From assembly GCF_009914755.1 (NCBI RefSeq), contig NC_060927.1: a stretch of 64,000 bases of DNA; one strand, 5' to 3'. The notes below the pieces were generated by a model. The model had not been told where the DNA came from, made no database searches, and was given only the letters and a program-made list of their open reading frames with translations. The stretch comes from the human T2T-CHM13v2.0 reference genome, Homo sapiens. Position 1 is the stretch's first letter; every line of letters begins with the position of its first letter. Of the stretch, positions 58,338 through 64,000 are shown piece after piece. The translations under genes were made by a program, and so were the position numbers.

Positions 58338-61179
58338 ACACTTATCCCCTTTTACATGCTCTGTCATTTTGAGATTTATGAGTCAATTGTTTGCTGTCCT
58401 CTACCTCCCCCACCAATCCTCTGGAATGGAAGCCCCTGGACGACAGGGTCTTTGCTTTGATAATGGATGTAGTGCAAGCATCTAGAATAGTGGGTGCTCA
58501 ATAAATATTTGTTGAATGAATTAAACAAATAATAACACAGGTAAGTGTAAAATTACACCTGTGGGAAGTGCTGGCTACAGAGAATGAGTAAAATTAACTG
58601 AGCTCCTCCCAGCTCATCAACTCTATAATTTTTACTTTTGTTTTTCTTTGAAACATCATTCTGTGTTTACAATTATCCAGTGTGGCCAAGACCATTCCAT
58701 TCTATTTTTGCGATCACTGTGCTTTTCCCACGGCCCTGGCCTCAGGAAAAGAGACTGTGTTGAAGTCGGAGGAGCAGGCTTTAGGGAGCCCGCAGCCCAG
58801 GGCTCTCTGGCATCCCCGAGTGAGGCCAGCAGGGGAGGATTGGTGGCCAGTCACGTATTCAGTCAGCACGAGACACTGAGCCTGTTCAGAAGGCTGAGAT
58901 AATGGGATTTCAGAACAATTGTAAAAATACCTAACATGCCAGCAGGGAGTTAAACAGCAGATTCACAAGATTCTGAGGCTTTTGACCCTTCATGGAAGCC
59001 AAGGGAGACAGAATTCCAAGAGCATGTTACAGCATGTTAGGTATTTGGAGGGGGCAGTGCTTGTCATGGGCTGATCACAGCGACCCCATCCCCAGGATCC
59101 CAGCAGGGATAGGAAAAGTCACCACTCTGAGGCCAAGGACAACCATATCACAGAATTAGCCCATCAAAGAAAAGATGTGTCAGTAAGAGCCCTGAAGGAA
59201 GCCAGTCCTGTCCCAGCCCGGCCCAGAAGGCAGAGATAACAGCAGCCTTAGCCCAGCCATCTGGATCCCTCACAGTCCCAAGGATGGGGTAGGGGCGGCA
59301 GATTATTGTGGTCTAATGCTGACAGTCAGGCCCCTTTCTTCTGTCTCCACACTCTCCTCCAGGCAACTTTTGGCATCTGCCTATTGGGAGTGAAATGAGC
59401 ATCCAGTATCCTGGTCTGGGTAACCCTGAGGGTTAGTCTCTGGTTTGGCTGAACGTGTCCCTTTCCCAAAAACCAGGGATGGGCTCCAGGAAAGCTGGGA
59501 TGGAGAGCAGACTGCACTAAGGAAAGAGTGCCATCCTGTGTTCTCTGGAGTAGGGGGGCACCTGCCAGCATTTTCCTGATGCCCCAGCCACTGCTTTGTG
59601 CCCCAGAGGCACCACCCTTCTTTAAAGGCACTGGGGACAGTCCCTGGTGAGCAGAAAGGTGGTGGCCACAGATGGCTTAGCTGAGGAGCCTGCAGTGAGC
59701 ACAGGAACAATGGAAAGAGCCTGGTGCAAGGTTCTCAGCGAGGACAATGTGAGGTTGTCCACAGGAGTTTGCAGGGAAGCAGAGATGACAGAGATGCCAG
59801 GCCAAGGAGGCTGCGGGAAGGGTGGCCAAGGCAGGAGGTGGCATGGGCTGTGTCAGAGCTGGCACATTGCAGCAGGAGTGAATTGAGCTCACAGGGAGGA
59901 AGAAATGCCTGGAATCCCTTCTGCTGGCAGTGAATCCAGGCTAGAATTGTTTGTGAATTTGATTTAGTCATCCCTGTCTCAAGTACCTTCTATGGTTCTG
60001 ATAGCTCCAGATTCCAGTCCAAATCCCTCATTGCCTACAAGGCCTCTACCACCAGTACTGATTTCCTTTCTTGGCTTCTTCCAAGCCTCAGGCCCTATGA
60101 TCCCTGCACTTCCTTTAACCGTGGCTCCTTCCTTTATGCCTTTGCTCTTGTCTTTTGTTCTTTTCCCACCTTTCCTTCACAGTAAAACACTACCACTTCC
60201 TGGAAGCCTTCCTGAAACATGCTGGCACCGTTGGTGACCCAGAGCAGCTCTTTCATCTGGGAGTGTCCCTTCTTGAGCCACAGACACATTAACATAGGTG
60301 ATCCAAGGCCTTAGGTAATATGCATGGAATGAAGAAGTCTTTTGTGAAGGCTGGAGGACAGGGGAGCTTAGCTTCCCCATTCTCCTTCACCCATGCTCAT
60401 GTAAACCTCCAATTAAAAGCCAATCTTCCCAAATGCAATCGGAAAATCAAAAAAGGACAGTGCTAAAGTCAACATACAAAGAGCATAGAGCAGGGAGGCC
60501 TCCAAAATCCTGTCTCTGACCCTACAGTTCAGACAGCAGGCCCCAGAATAGGCTCCTTGGAGACAGCAGATCCACTGGGGATGAAAGGAGTCCATTCGGG
60601 ACAAAAGGAGAAAATGCGTCTCTCCATGTTATATAAGCCTTTCATCCACTGTTACATTAAAGATTCTGAAAAGTCCTGCAGAAAAGTGCCTGTTTGTGTA
60701 GCGTGTGACACCGATTAACGTTGCCCAAAGCTTTGGCATTGGACAGCCTTGAACCCCCTTCTCCGCTGGTGTGCCCCATGACTTCAGTCAAGTTCCTTGG
60801 CTGCTCTGAATCTCAGATGCCTATTTGCAAAATAAGTTATTATGTGGTCAGTGAAAGCAAAGCACTGGTTTGGCTGGGGTCCTGGGAGGACAGGATAGCT
60901 CACATAGGACACTCTTGTGGTTCTAACTATGTAGTATGGTCCAGGACTCACAGGACAGAAGCAGGAGTGAGCCACTTGGAGGGCATTATTCTGGGTTGTG
61001 TACCCAGGACGCTGGCAGGAGCCGCATCCCCCTATCCAGCCAATGGACATCTCACTAAAAAGCACCCTGACTGGCAGTAGGCATTTCCTGGAGCCCGTGC
61101 TATCCTGGCCACTCTCTCTCCGGGCTCATCTTGTACCACTTGACCCTCCACTCTCTAGCCATGTAGAATGTCTGCTGTC

Positions 61180-61474
<295 letters not shown>

Positions 61475-62693
61475 GAATGTCTGCTGTCCTCCCTGTACCT
61501 TCCTGTCCCTCATGTCACCCTGGCTCATCCTCCTTCTAGCCTCACTCTCCTTCTTTAACTGGCCAACTCAACCTGTAGGCCTCAGCTGAGATGGTCTTCC
61601 TCTGAGATTTTTCTGGCTGCCCCTAGATCACAGGTCTCTGTTCCTGTGGAACCTCTGCTTCCTGCTTCATAAACACCTGCTCCATATATTATCAAATTCC
61701 TATCATCTACCTCCAGCCAGCTTGAGCTCCTCCAAGGCAGAGTTGCTGCACCATCTGTGCCCAGCACAGTATCAGAGGAGGGGCTAAAAACAATGCTTGG
61801 ACATATGATTCTCGGTTCCCTCTTGCCCCCTGGACCTGCTCCTGGTGTCCCCCTCCCTCCCTTCTCCTATGGGGATCTGTAGATTGCATCACCCTTCTGC
61901 TGTTGAAAGTAATGAATCACCTCTCGCCAAGTCCCCACGTGGTAAAAAATCTCCCGGGATACAGGAGAAGTGCCATAGATTACGGCTTGGTGTGGTCATA
62001 GGGAGCAAGTGAGGGGTGGCAGGGTGCCTGTACAAGCGGGGAAGGGTTAGGGATCCCAGCCCTTATCCTGTGCACAGTTTTGGTTTCTGCCAGCTGGAGC
62101 TGTGCAAAGGATTGGCAGTGTGGCCCTCACCTGAGGCAGGGCCTGGGAACCTGAGCATCCCTGGAAGATGCTGAGCTGGGCCTTGGTGGGGATGGGGGAG
62201 GAGGGGGCTCAGAAGTACAGCCCAATCCAGGCTGTCTGACAAGCAATGGGGACGGGAGAGTCCCGGATAGCTGGTGAGGAGCCAGGGCTCAGGGTGGGCC
62301 CTCTCCTTAAGCCCGAGGTAGGAGGCTGGCAGCAGCACTGACGCAAGTACAGGTGAGGGCAGGGCCCAAAATGTGGCCCTGGGGCCTTCCAGCTTGGCCA
62401 GACCAGCCCAACGAGAAGCCAGGGCTGGGAGGGCCAGGCAGGTGGGGAAGGCTTGCAGGCCAGGCCCAATACCTTGAGAAGCCAATGGGCTCCTCAAGGG
62501 TACTTCATTCTGGGTGAGGCCCAAGACGTGGCGGCCACACTTCCTCCCATGCCCAGGGATTCTGAGTCTACGCAAGCCCAGGCCTGATCCCTGCCATGGT
62601 CACTGCCCAGCAGGGAATCTCCTGGAGTGAGGCCCCAGGGTGGAGCTGCCCATGGGCAACTTCCCTGCTCCCACCCCTGTCTGTCTCTCCCAG

Positions 62694-62798
62694 ACCTCTT
62701 ATAGGTCATTGTTGAGAGCTCAAGGTCATAGCTGCCAAAGAAATACCACAGGGCATGGCACTGTAGGCCTTGGAGTGGAGGATGGTGGGGAAGACAGG
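62694..62798 (+). other. Candidate 105-bp internal exon
   Basis: Acceptor 'cccctgtctgtctctcccag|' and donor 'AGG|GTGAGT'; no homology evidence. Confidence 0.3.
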
Positions 62799-64000
62799 GT
62801 GAGTCTACAATTCTTCCAAAAATGCTAATCTCACTTTGCCACTCCTTGTTTGCAACCCTTCCCTGGCACCCTGCAGGCATTCAGGACAGCATTCAACTCT
62901 GACCTTGGCCTACACAGCCCTCCTGGATGGTCTCAATTCCCTCTCCAACCTCATCCTTCCCTCTTCTCCACCTGGTGGGTCACTTTCCATTTCTCTCTGT
63001 CCTGGGTGCCTGAGTGCTTGGACCTGGTACTCAAAGGCCACCCAGCACCCAGATAAGTCCTGCTTACCCTCCACTTGCTGTTCTAGCAACGAAGTGACTC
63101 TGACTCCCAACCAGAGTAGAAGTCACTCCCTGCCTGCAGCCCCACAGCTCCCACCTCTCCCCTGCCAACCCAGTGTACCACTGAGTGGGCCCAGATGCAA
63201 CACTCCTGACAAGTCACTGAGGGTATCACAGTAACAGCCTCTGCCCAGCAATTTCCTTTTCAGCCTGCAGGGTCCTCACGCTCACCGGTCTGGTCACAGG
63301 GTTCACCCTGTTTTGCCAGCTGCCAGCTCATCCAGCCTTCCTAAGTGTGAGTCCTGGGGTTACACTGAGCCTACGTGTGAGGCCTTGGTCACTGTGGGCA
63401 TTATGGCGATGTCCAGGCCAGTGCTGAGATCTTTCCTGTTGCTGAGATTATGAGGGACCCTGAGTCCTTATTCTCTGTCCTGAGTCCCCTCACCTGTGGG
63501 TTCTTCCCATCCCAGGTCCATCACCTCCCTGCATCCCTGTCCTCCCTGCTTTTGGCTTCCTCTGCTGGGACACTCCTGGTGAGGCCACCTGGCCCAGCTT
63601 GTTCCTCCCCTCTCCCTGAGCTTGTCTCAGATCAGGCTTTCTGGATCTGAGTTTACTGCTTGTCCTGTGGCCCTTTTCTGAGATCCTCTCTTCCAGTCTC
63701 TGGGGCTGTCCTCACCCCAACATGCACCTGCTGCCCCAGGGTGCTGGCGAAAGCTCCTCAAGTGGTCATTTATTCACTAAAAGCTCCTATTTGCAGCCTC
63801 TGCCCCACGCCAGGCCTAGGCTGGAGCTGGGGCTGCAGTGTGAACAAGCCAGGTCCTGTCTTCAGAGCCTCACAGCATGGTGGGCAAACAATTCACAGAA
63901 TCATGTTGCCTGTCACTGCAGGAGACAGAGCAAGGTCCTGTGGAGGATGGCGGGTAAATGGGGTACTGTCTGGCAGAGCAACTGGGAATATGTATTTGAG

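Overview
Primate (human-like) genomic DNA with no supportable protein-coding exon. The long ORFs in the track come from Alu, L1, microsatellites or GC-rich sequence. About 1-37.6 kb is repeat-dense intergenic DNA (roughly 20 Alus, L1PA/L1MA/L1M fragments, L2/MIR, MaLR and ERV1 LTRs, hAT and Tigger MITEs). A CpG island at about 37.7-38.9 kb has GC boxes, three TEAD (GGAATG) motifs and a good splice donor (CCG|GTACGT, 38721/38722). This fits the promoter and non-coding first exon of a + strand gene that I cannot name, with the rest of the window as its first intron, which is rich in AP-1 motifs. I found no clearly new biological system. The least expected signals are several local templated-copy and fold-back scars: an 88-bp inverted copy inside an Alu-tail microsatellite, 32-bp and 26-bp hairpins, two short local duplications (one preserving an Alu pre-insertion site) and orphan Alu/L1 micro-fragments. 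Repeat subfamily names are from recalled consensus similarity, and boundaries are approximate.
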